From contig OZ219871.1 of NCBI GenBank assembly GCA_964291495.2, positions 1,504,001 to 1,568,000 on the forward strand: a stretch of DNA of 64,000 bases, written 5' to 3'. Within the stretch, counting starts at the first letter, position 1. The number at the start of each line of letters is the position of its first letter. Below the pieces are notes generated by a model that saw only the letters and a list, made by a program, of their open reading frames with translations, had not been told where the DNA came from and did no database searches. A program made the translations under genes and the position numbers. The DNA comes from Dehalococcoidia bacterium. Its GTDB lineage: Bacteria; Chloroflexota; Dehalococcoidia; UBA2979. This document shows positions 1 to 8,839 of the stretch, in pieces.

Positions 1-1080
1 ACCGAGCAGATCGCCGGAGACGACGCCGACGTCGTGTCCGTGATCCCGCCGGGCGCGGACGCGCACACCTTCAGCGCCTCCACCACCGACATCCGCAACA
101 TCGCAGCCGCCGACCTCGTGATCGTCAACGGCTACAACCTCGAGGAAGGCGCCCTCGGGACCATCTTCGAGCACCTGCCGGAGGACGCCCACCTCGTGAT
201 CGCCGCAGCGGGCATTAGCCCGCTCGAGGGTGGCCATCACGAGGAAGAAGGGCACGGCGACGAGGACGACCACGGCGACGAGGACGAGGAAGAAGGCGAC
301 CACGGCGACGAGGACGAGGACGAAGAGGGCCACGGCGACGAGGACGAGGAAGAAGGCGACCACGGCGACGAGGACGAGGAAGAAGGCGACCACGGCGACG
401 AGGACGAAGAAGAAGGCGACGACCACGGCGACGAGGACGAGGACGAAGAGGGCCACGGCGACGAGGACGAAGAGGGCGACGACCACGGCGACGAGGACGA
501 AGAGGGCGACCACCACGAGGAGATCGAGGTCGACGAGGAGCACGAGCTCGCCGTCGCCGATGGCGACCCGCACATGTGGCTCACCGTCCCGAACGCGATG
601 GTCTACGTGCGCAACATCACGGACGGACTGGTTGCGGCCGACCCGGACAACGCCGCCGCCTACCGCGAGCGAGCGGAGGACTACCTCGCCGAGCTCCAGG
701 AGCTGGACGAGGAGGTTCGGGCCGCAATCGCCGGCATTCCGCAGGATCGCCGCGTACTGATCGTCTACCACGACGCATTCCAGTACTTCGCCGTCGAGTA
801 CGGGCTCGAGCTGGCCGCCGCCGTGCTGCCGGCCAGCCCCTCGCAGCAGGCGAGCGCCGCCGCCGTCGCGGAGATCATCGAGATAGTCGCCGGGCGCGAG
901 GTCGGCGCCGTCTACCGCGAGCCGCAGTTCGCCGCGGCGGCCCTCGAGGCGATCGCCGAGGAGGCGGGCGTGCGCGTGCTGACGCTCTACACCGCGGCGT
1001 TCACGGACGAGGTCGACAGCTACATCGAGCTGATGCGTGCGAACGCGGACGCGCTGGTCGAAGGGCTTGGCGGCGGGTAG
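1..1080 (+). CDS. znuA: Zn/Mn ABC transporter substrate-binding protein (cluster A-I), 5' end outside the window
   Basis: Motifs IPPGADAHTF, ADLVIVNGYNLE, DPHMWL, YHDAFQYF and a long His/Asp/Glu loop; frame is open from base 1 and no signal peptide is visible, so the gene is partial. Confidence 0.88.
   Translation, partial: TEQIAGDDADVVSVIPPGADAHTFSASTTDIRNIAAADLVIVNGYNLEEGALGTIFEHLPEDAHLVIAAAGISPLEGGHHEEEGHGDEDDHGDEDEEEGDHGDEDEDEEGHGDEDEEEGDHGDEDEEEGDHGDEDEEEGDDHGDEDEDEEGHGDEDEEGDDHGDEDEEGDHHEEIEVDEEHELAVADGDPHMWLTVPNAMVYVRNITDGLVAADPDNAAAYRERAEDYLAELQELDEEVRAAIAGIPQDRRVLIVYHDAFQYFAVEYGLELAAAVLPASPSQQASAAAVAEIIEIVAGREVGAVYREPQFAAAALEAIAEEAGVRVLTLYTAAFTDEVDSYIELMRANADALVEGLGGG
235..545 (+). 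repeat. Coding tandem repeat of about 30-33 bp (CACGGCGACGAGGACGAGGAAGAAGGCGAC; HGDEDEEEGD), about 9 copies
   Basis: Repeated units directly visible in DNA and protein. Confidence 0.95.
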
Positions 1081-1109
1081 CGCTGACGGGGCGGAGAACG
1101 GAGCGACCG

Positions 1110-2024
1110 ATGGCGTCGCACCATGACCACGGCGCCCACGGGCCCGTCGGGCATGAGGATCCGACTCACGTCCACGACTCCGCCGAGCTCGACGGCGCGG
1201 GCCATCCGGCGGCTCGCGCCAGGCTGGCGGCGGGGCACACGCATGGCCCGCTCGCCCTCGAGGTCAGCGGACTCTGGGCCGGTTACCCCGGCAAGCCGCC
1301 CGCGCTCGAAGACGTCAGCTTCGTCGTCCCCGAGGGCGAGATGGTCGGCCTCGTCGGGCCGAACGGGGCCGGCAAGTCCACGCTCTTCAAGTCGATCCTC
1401 GGCATCGTGCGGCCGTTGCTCGGGGAGGTCCGCGTCTTCGGGCGCCCCGTCTCGGAGACGCGGGCGGACGTCGCCTACACCCCGCAGGTCGAGGAGGTCG
1501 ATTGGGAGTTCCCGGTCAGCGTTCGCGACGTGGTGCTGATGGGGCGCTGGCGCGGCTCCAGCCCCTTCCGCCGCTGGTCTCGCGATGACCGCGAGGCCGC
1601 CGAGGGCGCACTCGAGCGGGTCGGCCTCTCTGAGCTGTCCGGCCGGCAGGTTGGCGAGCTGTCGGGCGGGCAGCGCCGCCGCGTGTTGATCGCCCGCTCG
1701 ATCGCGCGAGGCGCGCGGCTGCTGCTGCTCGACGAGCCGTTCGCCGGCCTCGATGCGGCCGTCGAGCACGATCTGCTCGCGATCCTCGACGAGCTCACCC
1801 ACGAGGGCTGCAGCATCCTGATCGCCACGCACGACCTCGCGTGCGTGGCCAGCGCCTGCGACGAGGCGTGCTGCCTGAACCGCCGCGTGCAGGGCTACGG
1901 CCCGCCCGCCGACGTGCTCAACGAGGACGTGCTCTCGCGCACCTTCGAGCGCGCGCTCGTGCCCGTCGGGGCGGCCCACGAGATCATCGTCGAGGATGGC
2001 AACGGGGGCGCCCCCGCGAACTGA
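1110..2024 (+). CDS. znuC: Metal ABC transporter ATP-binding protein
   Basis: Walker A GPNGAGKST, signature LSGGQ, Walker B LLLLDEP; ATG at 1110 after GGAG. Confidence 0.9.
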   Translation: MASHHDHGAHGPVGHEDPTHVHDSAELDGAGHPAARARLAAGHTHGPLALEVSGLWAGYPGKPPALEDVSFVVPEGEMVGLVGPNGAGKSTLFKSILGIVRPLLGEVRVFGRPVSETRADVAYTPQVEEVDWEFPVSVRDVVLMGRWRGSSPFRRWSRDDREAAEGALERVGLSELSGRQVGELSGGQRRRVLIARSIARGARLLLLDEPFAGLDAAVEHDLLAILDELTHEGCSILIATHDLACVASACDEACCLNRRVQGYGPPADVLNEDVLSRTFERALVPVGAAHEIIVEDGNGGAPAN

Positions 2025-2036
2025 GAGCGGTGGATC

Positions 2037-2888
2037 GTGGAACTCCACGAGTGGCTGATCGCGCCGTACGAGTACGCCTTCATGCAACGCGCGATCGCCT
2101 CGCTGCTGATCGTCAGCGTCGTCGGCTCGGTCGTCGGCACCTTCGTCGTGCACAAGGGGCTGGCGGCCTCGGGCAGCGGGCTCGCGCACGCCACGCTCGC
2201 GGGCGTCGCGATCGCCTTCGTCAACGGCGCGAGCGTGGCCCTCGGTGCGCTCGTCGCGGCCGTCGCGACGGCGCTCGGCATCGGCTACGTGCGCCGCACC
2301 TCGCGCGTCAGCTACGACACCGCGATCGCGATCTTCTTCGTCTCCGCCTTCTCGCTCGGCATCCTCGTGATCTCGCGCCGGACGAGCTACACGCCGGATC
2401 TGGTCTCCTTTGTCTTCGGCGACATCCTCGGCGTCTCGCGGGCGGACCTGATTCTCGAGCTGGTGCTCGCCGTCGTCGTGGTCGGATTCGTGCTCGCCTT
2501 CTACCGGGAGCTGGTGATGGTCGCCTACGACCCGGCGATGGCGTCGGCGGTCGGCGTGCGGACGACGTTCTTCGAGTTCTCGTTGCTGGTGCTGATCGCG
2601 GTCGCCGTGGTGGTGGCGCTGCAGGCGATCGGCATCGTGCTGGTCACGGCGACGCTGATCATCCCGCCGGCGACCGCCAGCCTGCTGTTCCGGCGGATCC
2701 CGCGGATCATGGGGGCCAGCTTCCTGATCGGCGCGGGGTCCTCCGTGGTCGGGTTGTACGCCTCGTTCCACGCGGGCGTCGCCGCCAGCCCCGCCGTCGT
2801 GCTCTCGGCAACGGTCGCCTTTGCCGTCGCCCTCGTCGCCACCTCGCTGCGCCGCTCGCGTCTCCCGTCCGCCGCGACCACCGAGTAG
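2037..2888 (+). CDS. znuB: Metal ABC transporter permease (ABC-3 family)
   Basis: Multi-TM protein with FMQRA, LAHATLAG, FGDIL, YDPAMA, IIPPATA motifs; operon context. Confidence 0.9.
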   Translation: MELHEWLIAPYEYAFMQRAIASLLIVSVVGSVVGTFVVHKGLAASGSGLAHATLAGVAIAFVNGASVALGALVAAVATALGIGYVRRTSRVSYDTAIAIFFVSAFSLGILVISRRTSYTPDLVSFVFGDILGVSRADLILELVLAVVVVGFVLAFYRELVMVAYDPAMASAVGVRTTFFEFSLLVLIAVAVVVALQAIGIVLVTATLIIPPATASLLFRRIPRIMGASFLIGAGSSVVGLYASFHAGVAASPAVVLSATVAFAVALVATSLRRSRLPSAATTE

Positions 2889-3069
2889 CGCGCCCCACTC
2901 GCGAGAGCGCTCGGGGCTCCCTAACATGCTCGTAACGAGCCCATGCGACGCTGTGCGGGGCTCGCCGCCGCTGGTTGAGCGGCGGCAGGGGTAGCCGTAG
3001 GCTGAGAGTGCTCCCCGTTTCCGGCGAGCGGGCGCGCGAGGCCGCTCGATCGGGGCAGCTGGCGAGGCG

Positions 3070-4560
3070 ATGGTCGCAGAAGTTGCAGGCAGCGAGGCAG
3101 AGTCGGCGTCCCCGGCGGCGTCCGAGCCTCGCAAGCGACCGGAACGCCCGAACGTCGACCGCAAGGCGCGGCTGCAGCTGGAGCCGAAGCTGCCGGCGAA
3201 ACAGCCGCCCGAAGTGCGCACCGGCAACTGGGACGAGACCTTCCACCTCTTCGATCCGGAAACCGCCAAAGCCGAGGCGATACGCTGCATCCAGTGCCCC
3301 GCCGCCCCCTGCCAGGTCGCCTGCCCCGTGGGCAACGACATCCCCGCCTCCTTCTGGCTACTCGAGCAGGGCGACTTCGACGGCGCCGCCAACGTCTTCC
3401 GCGAGACCAGCGAGCTGCCCGAGATGTGCGGACGGCTCTGCCCCCAGGAGCGGCTCTGCGAGGGCCATTGCGTCGTTGGCAAGAAGGGCGAGCCGGTCGC
3501 CATCGGAAAGCTCGAAACCTTCGTCACGGAGTGGCAACTCGCCAACGGCAGCCCGCCGCCCGCGACGGTCGCTCCGGCGACGGGCAAGAGCCTCGCGATC
3601 ATCGGCTCCGGGCCGGCCGGCATCGGCGTCGCCGAGCGCGTCGCGCGCTCCGGGCACCGGGTCGTCGTCTACGACGCCTGGCCGGTGGCCGGGGGGCTGC
3701 TGCACTACGGCATCCCCACCTTCAAGCAGAACAAGGCCAGCGTCGCCGACCGCATCGAGCGGCTGCGCGACCTCGGCGTCGAGTTCGTGCTCGGCGTCCG
3801 TGTCGGCGAGGACGTCGCCTTCGAGGAGCTCGAGCGCGAGTTCGACGCCGTCTTCGTCGCGGCCGGCGCCATCGAGGGCGTCGATCTGGGCCTGGAGCAC
3901 GAGGACGCGCCCGGCGTCTACCAGGCGACCGAGTTCCTGGTGCGCGGCAACCTGCCTCCGGAGGACCTGCCGGAGGAGTTGCGCGAGCCGCTGCCGGAGC
4001 TGCGCAGCGTCGTGGTCATCGGAGGCGGCGACACCTCGATGGACTGCGTCCGCACGGCGGTGCGGCTCGGCGCGGAGGAGGTACGGCTCGTCTACCGCCG
4101 CACCGAGCAGGAGATGCAGGGCCGCGAGGAAGAGCGCATGCACGCCCACGAGGAGGGCGTGATCTTCGAGTTCCTCACCTCGCCCACCGCCGTCCTCGTG
4201 GATGGCGAGGGCGCCTTCCGGGCGCTGCGCTGCCAGCTCATGGAGCTCGGCGAGCCGGACGAGAGCGGTCGCGCCCGCCCCGTGCCGCTCGTCGGCAGCG
4301 GCTTCGAGATCGAGGCCGACGCGCTCGTCCTCGCCGTCGGCTACAACGTCGAGGACGGCTGGGGCGAGGTCGCCCCGGCCGTCGAGCGCGACCCGTGGGG
4401 CCGCTTCACCGTCGATCCGCGCACGATGCGTACGAACCGCCCCGGCGTCTTCGCTGGCGGCGACGACGTGAACGGCGCCGACCTTGTCGTCACCGCCCTC
4501 GCCGACGCCCACGTCGCCGCCGCCAGCATTGAGGACTGGCTGGGCGGCGGCGACTGGTAG
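3070..4560 (+). CDS. GltD/SudA/NfnB-like NADPH-dependent Fe-S flavoprotein oxidoreductase
   Basis: EAIRCIQC..PC..ACP and CGRLCP...CEGHC Fe-S motifs, GSGPAG FAD motif, GGGDTSMDC NADPH motif, VFAGGD. Confidence 0.9.
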   Translation: MVAEVAGSEAESASPAASEPRKRPERPNVDRKARLQLEPKLPAKQPPEVRTGNWDETFHLFDPETAKAEAIRCIQCPAAPCQVACPVGNDIPASFWLLEQGDFDGAANVFRETSELPEMCGRLCPQERLCEGHCVVGKKGEPVAIGKLETFVTEWQLANGSPPPATVAPATGKSLAIIGSGPAGIGVAERVARSGHRVVVYDAWPVAGGLLHYGIPTFKQNKASVADRIERLRDLGVEFVLGVRVGEDVAFEELEREFDAVFVAAGAIEGVDLGLEHEDAPGVYQATEFLVRGNLPPEDLPEELREPLPELRSVVVIGGGDTSMDCVRTAVRLGAEEVRLVYRRTEQEMQGREEERMHAHEEGVIFEFLTSPTAVLVDGEGAFRALRCQLMELGEPDESGRARPVPLVGSGFEIEADALVLAVGYNVEDGWGEVAPAVERDPWGRFTVDPRTMRTNRPGVFAGGDDVNGADLVVTALADAHVAAASIEDWLGGGDW

Positions 4561-4688
4561 GCGACGGCCCGCCGCGGGTCGCTCCTGATCGTCCCCGGGT
4601 GTCACATTAATGGTGGCGTGCCACGCATGCACGGTTACCGGGAATCTGTGATAATCGTTCATGGGATCAGGTATACGCGAGGTCGCCA

Positions 4689-4982
4689 GTGATCGAGTCG
4701 TTCGCTGACGGCACGACCGAGGCCCTGTTCCACGGTCGCGGCGGTTCGCGGGTGCGGAGGATTCCGGAGCAGGTTCGCGAGCGAGCGGTGCGTCGGCTGG
4801 ACATGCTGAACGCCGCCGAGTCATTGGAAGACTTGCGGTCGCCGCCCGGGAATCGTCTGGAGCGGTTGCGGGGCGACTTGAGAGGGCTGTACAGCATTCG
4901 GGTCAACGATCAGTGGCGGATCGTGTTCGGGTGGGAGTCTGGTAACGCGTTCGCTGTGCGCATCGTTGACTATCACGCGTAG
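4689..4982 (+). CDS. higB: Type II TA toxin, HigB (RelE/ParE superfamily)
   Basis: MIESFAD..., LRSPPGNRLERLRGD, YSIRVNDQWRIVF, VDYH C-terminus. Confidence 0.93.
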   Translation: MIESFADGTTEALFHGRGGSRVRRIPEQVRERAVRRLDMLNAAESLEDLRSPPGNRLERLRGDLRGLYSIRVNDQWRIVFGWESGNAFAVRIVDYHA

Positions 4983-4992
4983 GAGCGAGGAC

Positions 4993-5280
4993 ATGTTGCC
5001 GGAGCAGCGCATTCCGACCCATCCAGGCGAGATCCTCGCGGAGGAGTTCCTCAAGCCGCTCGGTCTCACGCAGGTCGCGCTGGCGGATCACATTGGCGTG
5101 CCGGTGCAGCGGGTGAACGAAGTCGTGCGCGGGAAGCGCGGGATCACGGCGGAGACGGCCTGGCTGCTCTCCGGCGCGTTCGGAACCACGCCGGGCTTCT
5201 GGATCAACCTCCAGACGAGCTACGACCTTGCCACGAGGCGGCCCGACCGGCAGGTGGAGCCGCTGGGCCTGACCGGATAG
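4993..5280 (+). CDS. higA: Type II TA antitoxin, HigA (HTH)
   Basis: PTHPGEILAEEFLKPLG, GKRGITAETA, FWINLQ; directly downstream of higB. Confidence 0.93.
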   Translation: MLPEQRIPTHPGEILAEEFLKPLGLTQVALADHIGVPVQRVNEVVRGKRGITAETAWLLSGAFGTTPGFWINLQTSYDLATRRPDRQVEPLGLTG

Positions 5281-5417
5281 CGCTACGGAGCCTCACCGAG
5301 TCCACCCCCTGGCGCCGAGCACAGAGGTGCGGCCCGGGTGGCCTCGCGCTAGAGTGCGGACACGAACCGGACGGCAACGACAGGGCGCCCTCGGGGCGCA
5401 CGATAAGGGGGATTGAG

Positions 5418-5870
5418 ATGGCGATCGCAGTCGGCCAGGAGGCGCCGGACTTCACGCTCAACAACGAGGACGGCGAGCAGGTCACGCTCTCCGAACTGCG
5501 CGGCGCGCCGGTGGTGCTGGTCTTCTACACCTTCGACTTCTCCGGCATCTGCACGGGCGAGCTGTGCGAGATCCGCGACGACTACAGCGAGTGGATGGAC
5601 CTCGGCGCGCAGGTCTACGGCGTCAGCCGCGACAGCCACTTCTCGCACGCCGCCTACAAGGAGCAGCACGGGCTGCCCTACTCGCTGCTCGCCGATACCA
5701 AGGGCGAGGCGGCGAAGGCCTACGACACCTGGAACGAGGGCCTCTGGGCGGCCGAGCGGCTGACCGTGGTGATCGACAAGGACGGCGCCATCGCGCACCT
5801 CGTCAAGAACCCGATCCTCGAGGCGCGCGACCACTCGGCGATCGCCGACGCCATCAGAGGCGCCGGCTAG
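5418..5870 (+). CDS. Peroxiredoxin (AhpE/BCP-like)
   Basis: VGQEAPDFTL, FYTFDFSGICTGELC, GVSRDS, LLAD, ERLTVVIDKDG. Confidence 0.85.
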   Translation: MAIAVGQEAPDFTLNNEDGEQVTLSELRGAPVVLVFYTFDFSGICTGELCEIRDDYSEWMDLGAQVYGVSRDSHFSHAAYKEQHGLPYSLLADTKGEAAKAYDTWNEGLWAAERLTVVIDKDGAIAHLVKNPILEARDHSAIADAIRGAG

Positions 5871-5890
5871 CCAGCCCGCGCGTCGCGCGC

Positions 5891-6301
5891 ATGGCCCTCG
5901 ACTTCCACTCGCTCGCGCGAGGCGACGCGCTGCCGCCGGTCGCGCTCAGCGTGAGCGCGGAGGAGGCGGCCGCCTACCTCGACGCCACCGGCGAGCCGGC
6001 CGAGCGCTGGACGGACGCCGTCCCGCCGCTCGCGCAGGGCGCGCTGCTGCTGGGCGCGCTGATGGAGCAGCTGGCGCTGCCGCCCGGCGCGCTGCATACC
6101 GGCCAGGAGTTCGCCTTCCTGCGCGCCGTCGCCCCCGGCGAGCCGCTCGAGGGGCGCATCGCGGTCGCGCAGCACAGCGAGCGCCGCGGCTCCGTGATCG
6201 CCGCCTTCGACCTCGAGCTGCGCGACACGGACGGCGCGCCGGTGCTGCGCGGCCGCAGCACCGTGATCGCGCCCGCACGCGAGCAGGGCGCGCCCTCGTG
6301 A
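5891..6301 (+). CDS. MaoC/FAS1-like hot-dog dehydratase subunit (N-terminal type)
   Basis: VPPL, ALHTGQEFAFLRAVAPGEPL hot-dog pattern; overlaps next gene (GTGA). Confidence 0.75.
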   Translation: MALDFHSLARGDALPPVALSVSAEEAAAYLDATGEPAERWTDAVPPLAQGALLLGALMEQLALPPGALHTGQEFAFLRAVAPGEPLEGRIAVAQHSERRGSVIAAFDLELRDTDGAPVLRGRSTVIAPAREQGAPS

Positions 6302-6693
6302 GCGCCGAGGCGCCCGCCGTCGCGTCCGTGACGCGGCTGATCGATCAGGACCGTGTCGATCGCTACGCCGTCGCGGCGCGCGACCCGAACCCGATCCACA
6401 CCGACGCCGAGTTCGCCGCCAGCAGCGACTTCGGAGGCCGCATCGCGCACGGGATGCTCGTACTCGCCCTCGTCTCCGAGGCGATGGCGGGCGCCTTCGG
6501 CCGCCGCTGGGCGGAGAGCGGGACCCTGCGCGTGCGCCTGCGCGCCCCCGCCGTGCAGCCTGTCGAGGTCAGCGCGCACGCCGAGCCTCGCGGCCTCGCC
6601 GACGGCGTCGCCAGCTACGACGTACGCTGCGAGACCCCGGACGGCACGGTGCTGCTCAGCGGCACGGCCACGGTCGCCCTCGGCGACGCGTAA
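6298..6693 (+). CDS. MaoC family (R)-specific dehydratase
   Basis: DPNPIHTD...IAHGM hydratase-2 motif. Confidence 0.88.
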   Translation: MSAEAPAVASVTRLIDQDRVDRYAVAARDPNPIHTDAEFAASSDFGGRIAHGMLVLALVSEAMAGAFGRRWAESGTLRVRLRAPAVQPVEVSAHAEPRGLADGVASYDVRCETPDGTVLLSGTATVALGDA

Positions 6694-6695
6694 GC

Positions 6696-7352
6696 GTGAA
6701 CGCGCGCCTCGACCTCCCGGCGGCGCTGGTCGCACTCGCGGATGAGCGCCCGGTGTTCCACTCCGAGGCGGACTTCCAGCACGCGCTCGCCTGGGCTATC
6801 CGCGAGCGCCATCCGGACATCGACGTGCGCCTCGAGCGACCCATCACACTGGACGGCCAGCGCGGGCACGTCGACATCTGGCTGCACGATCGCGACGGTG
6901 AGAAGGCGATCGAGTTGAAGTACTGGGTGCGCGAGGGCGAATTGACCGTGGCTGGCGAGAGCTTCCAGCACAGGGGGTGGTCTGGGGACATTGAGCGCTG
7001 CGCAGTCTGGAAGGATGTGGCGCGGATCGAGCGGCTCATCGGAAGCGGACTGGCCGGAGGCGGCTTCGTTGTCGCACTCGCGAACCTCGTCGGCTGCTGG
7101 GGCGCGCCGCGGAGCGGCTGGGAACGCACGACCGACGCTGCGTTCCGCCTGCATGAGGGACATCGTGTCGGCGGCACGCTCGATTGGGCGGAGAAGACTG
7201 CCGCCAGCACGCGGAACCTGTGCAGGGCGCCGGTCACCCTTCGGGGCAGCTACCTCACTCGCTGGCGCGACTACTCGCAGCCCGCCGAGGGCCCCGGCGG
7301 TGAGCTTCGCTACCTGCTGCTCGATGTCGGGGCGGCGCTGGGGGTGCCGTGA
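6696..7352 (+). CDS. Hypothetical protein, PD-(D/E)XK nuclease-like
   Basis: FHSEADFQHALAW...HVDIWL...AIELKY fits the E...D...ExK pattern; fills the gap between two coupled genes. Confidence 0.65.
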   Translation: MNARLDLPAALVALADERPVFHSEADFQHALAWAIRERHPDIDVRLERPITLDGQRGHVDIWLHDRDGEKAIELKYWVREGELTVAGESFQHRGWSGDIERCAVWKDVARIERLIGSGLAGGGFVVALANLVGCWGAPRSGWERTTDAAFRLHEGHRVGGTLDWAEKTAASTRNLCRAPVTLRGSYLTRWRDYSQPAEGPGGELRYLLLDVGAALGVP

Positions 7353-7822
7353 GCAGCGAGGAGGGCATCGACCCGGCGCTGCGCGAGCAGTACTGCTTCG
7401 GCTGCGGGCGGCACAACCCGCTCGGCTTCCACCTTGAGTTCGAGCGCGAGGGCCGCGACGTGGTCGCGCGCTACACGCCGCGTCGCGAGGACAGCGGCTA
7501 CCCCGGCCTGATGCACGGCGGCCTCGCCACGCTGCTGCTCGACGAGGCGATGGGCTGGGCGATGTACGCCGACCGCGTCTTCGCCGTGACCGCGACCATG
7601 TCGACGCGCTTCCGCCGCCCGGTCACCCTTGAGAGTCCGCTGCTGGTGCGCGGCCGCATCGACCGCCAGCGCGGACGCCGCATCGAGGTCAGCGCCGAGC
7701 TCTACGACGAGGACGGCGAGCGCATCGTCGAGGCCTCCGGCCTGTTCCTGCGCATGGACGCGGAGGCCGAGGCGCGTTCCCTCGAGGTGCTCCGCCGCGA
7801 GTTCGGCACGACCCTCGACTGA
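7349..7822 (+). CDS. PaaI family thioesterase
   Basis: CFGCG..NPLG, GYPGLMHGG...LLDEAM. Confidence 0.9.
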   Translation: MSSEEGIDPALREQYCFGCGRHNPLGFHLEFEREGRDVVARYTPRREDSGYPGLMHGGLATLLLDEAMGWAMYADRVFAVTATMSTRFRRPVTLESPLLVRGRIDRQRGRRIEVSAELYDEDGERIVEASGLFLRMDAEAEARSLEVLRREFGTTLD

Positions 7823-7825
7823 TCC

Positions 7826-8028
7826 GGCTCCGGCCCCCTCTCCCCGAGGGAGAGGGCGGGGGTGAGGGCGCTCACCCGCACGCTCGAGGAGCGACGTGGC
7901 TCCGAGGCCCCCCGCCCGCGTCCTTTGGGGGGCGCAGCCCCCCACGCCCCCGCTGCTGCTCGCCCTCGGAAGCGTCGTTCGCCGATCCGGCCCCCTCTCC
8001 CCGAGGGAGAGGGCGGGGGTGAGGGCCC
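7826..8028 (+). repeat. Intergenic palindromic repeat cluster 1 (two module-A copies at about 7830-7868 and 7987-8025 plus a GGGGGC-N3-GCCCCC hairpin)
   Basis: CCGGCCCCCTCTCCCCGAGGGAGAGGGCGGGGGTGAGGG twice; 7926-8025 resembles 63585-63678. Confidence 0.9.
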
Positions 8029-8181
8029 GGCGCGCACGGTGGAGGAGCAATGTGGCTCCGAAGCCCGGCCCACACGTCCCGCGCAGCTCCCCAGGCACGC
8101 CAGCCAGCCGCGCCGCATCCGAGCCCCGTCCGCCTCGTGCGTCTCTTGCGGGAAGCCTTGCGCCCCGCAACAGGTCCGCGC

Positions 8182-8820
8182 TCACGCCTCCGGCGTGATC
8201 GTGTCCACGGCGCGCCACATGTACCAGGAGCCGACGGTGCGGTAGGGCGACCAGGGCGCGCCGATCTCGCGGGCGCGCGAGGGCGTCGGCGTCTCGGGCA
8301 GGCCGTAGGCGGCCTGCATGCCCTTGCGCACGCCGAGGTCGCCCGTGGGCAGCACGTCGGGGCGGCCCAGCTCGAACATCAGGAACATGTGCGCCGACCA
8401 CTCGCCGATGCCCCGCACCGCCGTCAGCCGCTCGGTCACCGAGGCGTCGTCGAGGTCCTCGAGGGCGGCGAAATCGAGCGAGCCGTCGACGCAGTGCTGC
8501 GCCAGGTCGCGCAGGTAGCTCGCCTTCTGGCGCGAGACGCCCGCGCCGCGGAACTCCTCGTCGCTGGTTGCGAGGATGGCGTCCGGCTCGGGCGTGCGCT
8601 CCTCGTCGCCGTAGAGGGCGAAGAAGCGGCGCTGGATCGCCCGCGCGGCCGCGCCGGCGAGCTGCTGGAACATGATCGAGCGCACCAGCGAGGCGTACGG
8701 GTCGCCGCCGCGGCGTGGGCTGTAGGGGCGGTGCTCTTCGATCAGCGCGCCGACGACGGGATCGGCCGCGCGCAGGTGCGCGTAGGCGGCGCGGAGCGAG
8801 AAGCGCATGCGGCGCGGCAT
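8182..8820 (-). CDS. DNA-3-methyladenine glycosylase II (AlkA/HhH-GPD family)
   Basis: LVRSIMFQQL, GVSRQKASYL, VRGIGEWSA, RPDVLPTGDLGVR, WSPYRT. Confidence 0.92.
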   Translation of the reverse strand: MPRRMRFSLRAAYAHLRAADPVVGALIEEHRPYSPRRGGDPYASLVRSIMFQQLAGAAARAIQRRFFALYGDEERTPEPDAILATSDEEFRGAGVSRQKASYLRDLAQHCVDGSLDFAALEDLDDASVTERLTAVRGIGEWSAHMFLMFELGRPDVLPTGDLGVRKGMQAAYGLPETPTPSRAREIGAPWSPYRTVGSWYMWRAVDTITPEA

Positions 8821-8839
8821 CGCCGCATCCTACGCGGCC

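Noticed and set aside
230-760. Thr/Arg/Lys-rich and Ser-rich ORFs over the znuA repeat
   Set aside because: Alternative-frame shadows of the HGDEDEEEGD repeat
2985-3060. GGGGTAGCC..GGCTGAGAG resembling the 5' half of a TPP riboswitch
   Set aside because: The downstream ACCTGAT / GCGTAGGGA half is absent and the downstream gene is not thiamine-related; a cmscan would settle it
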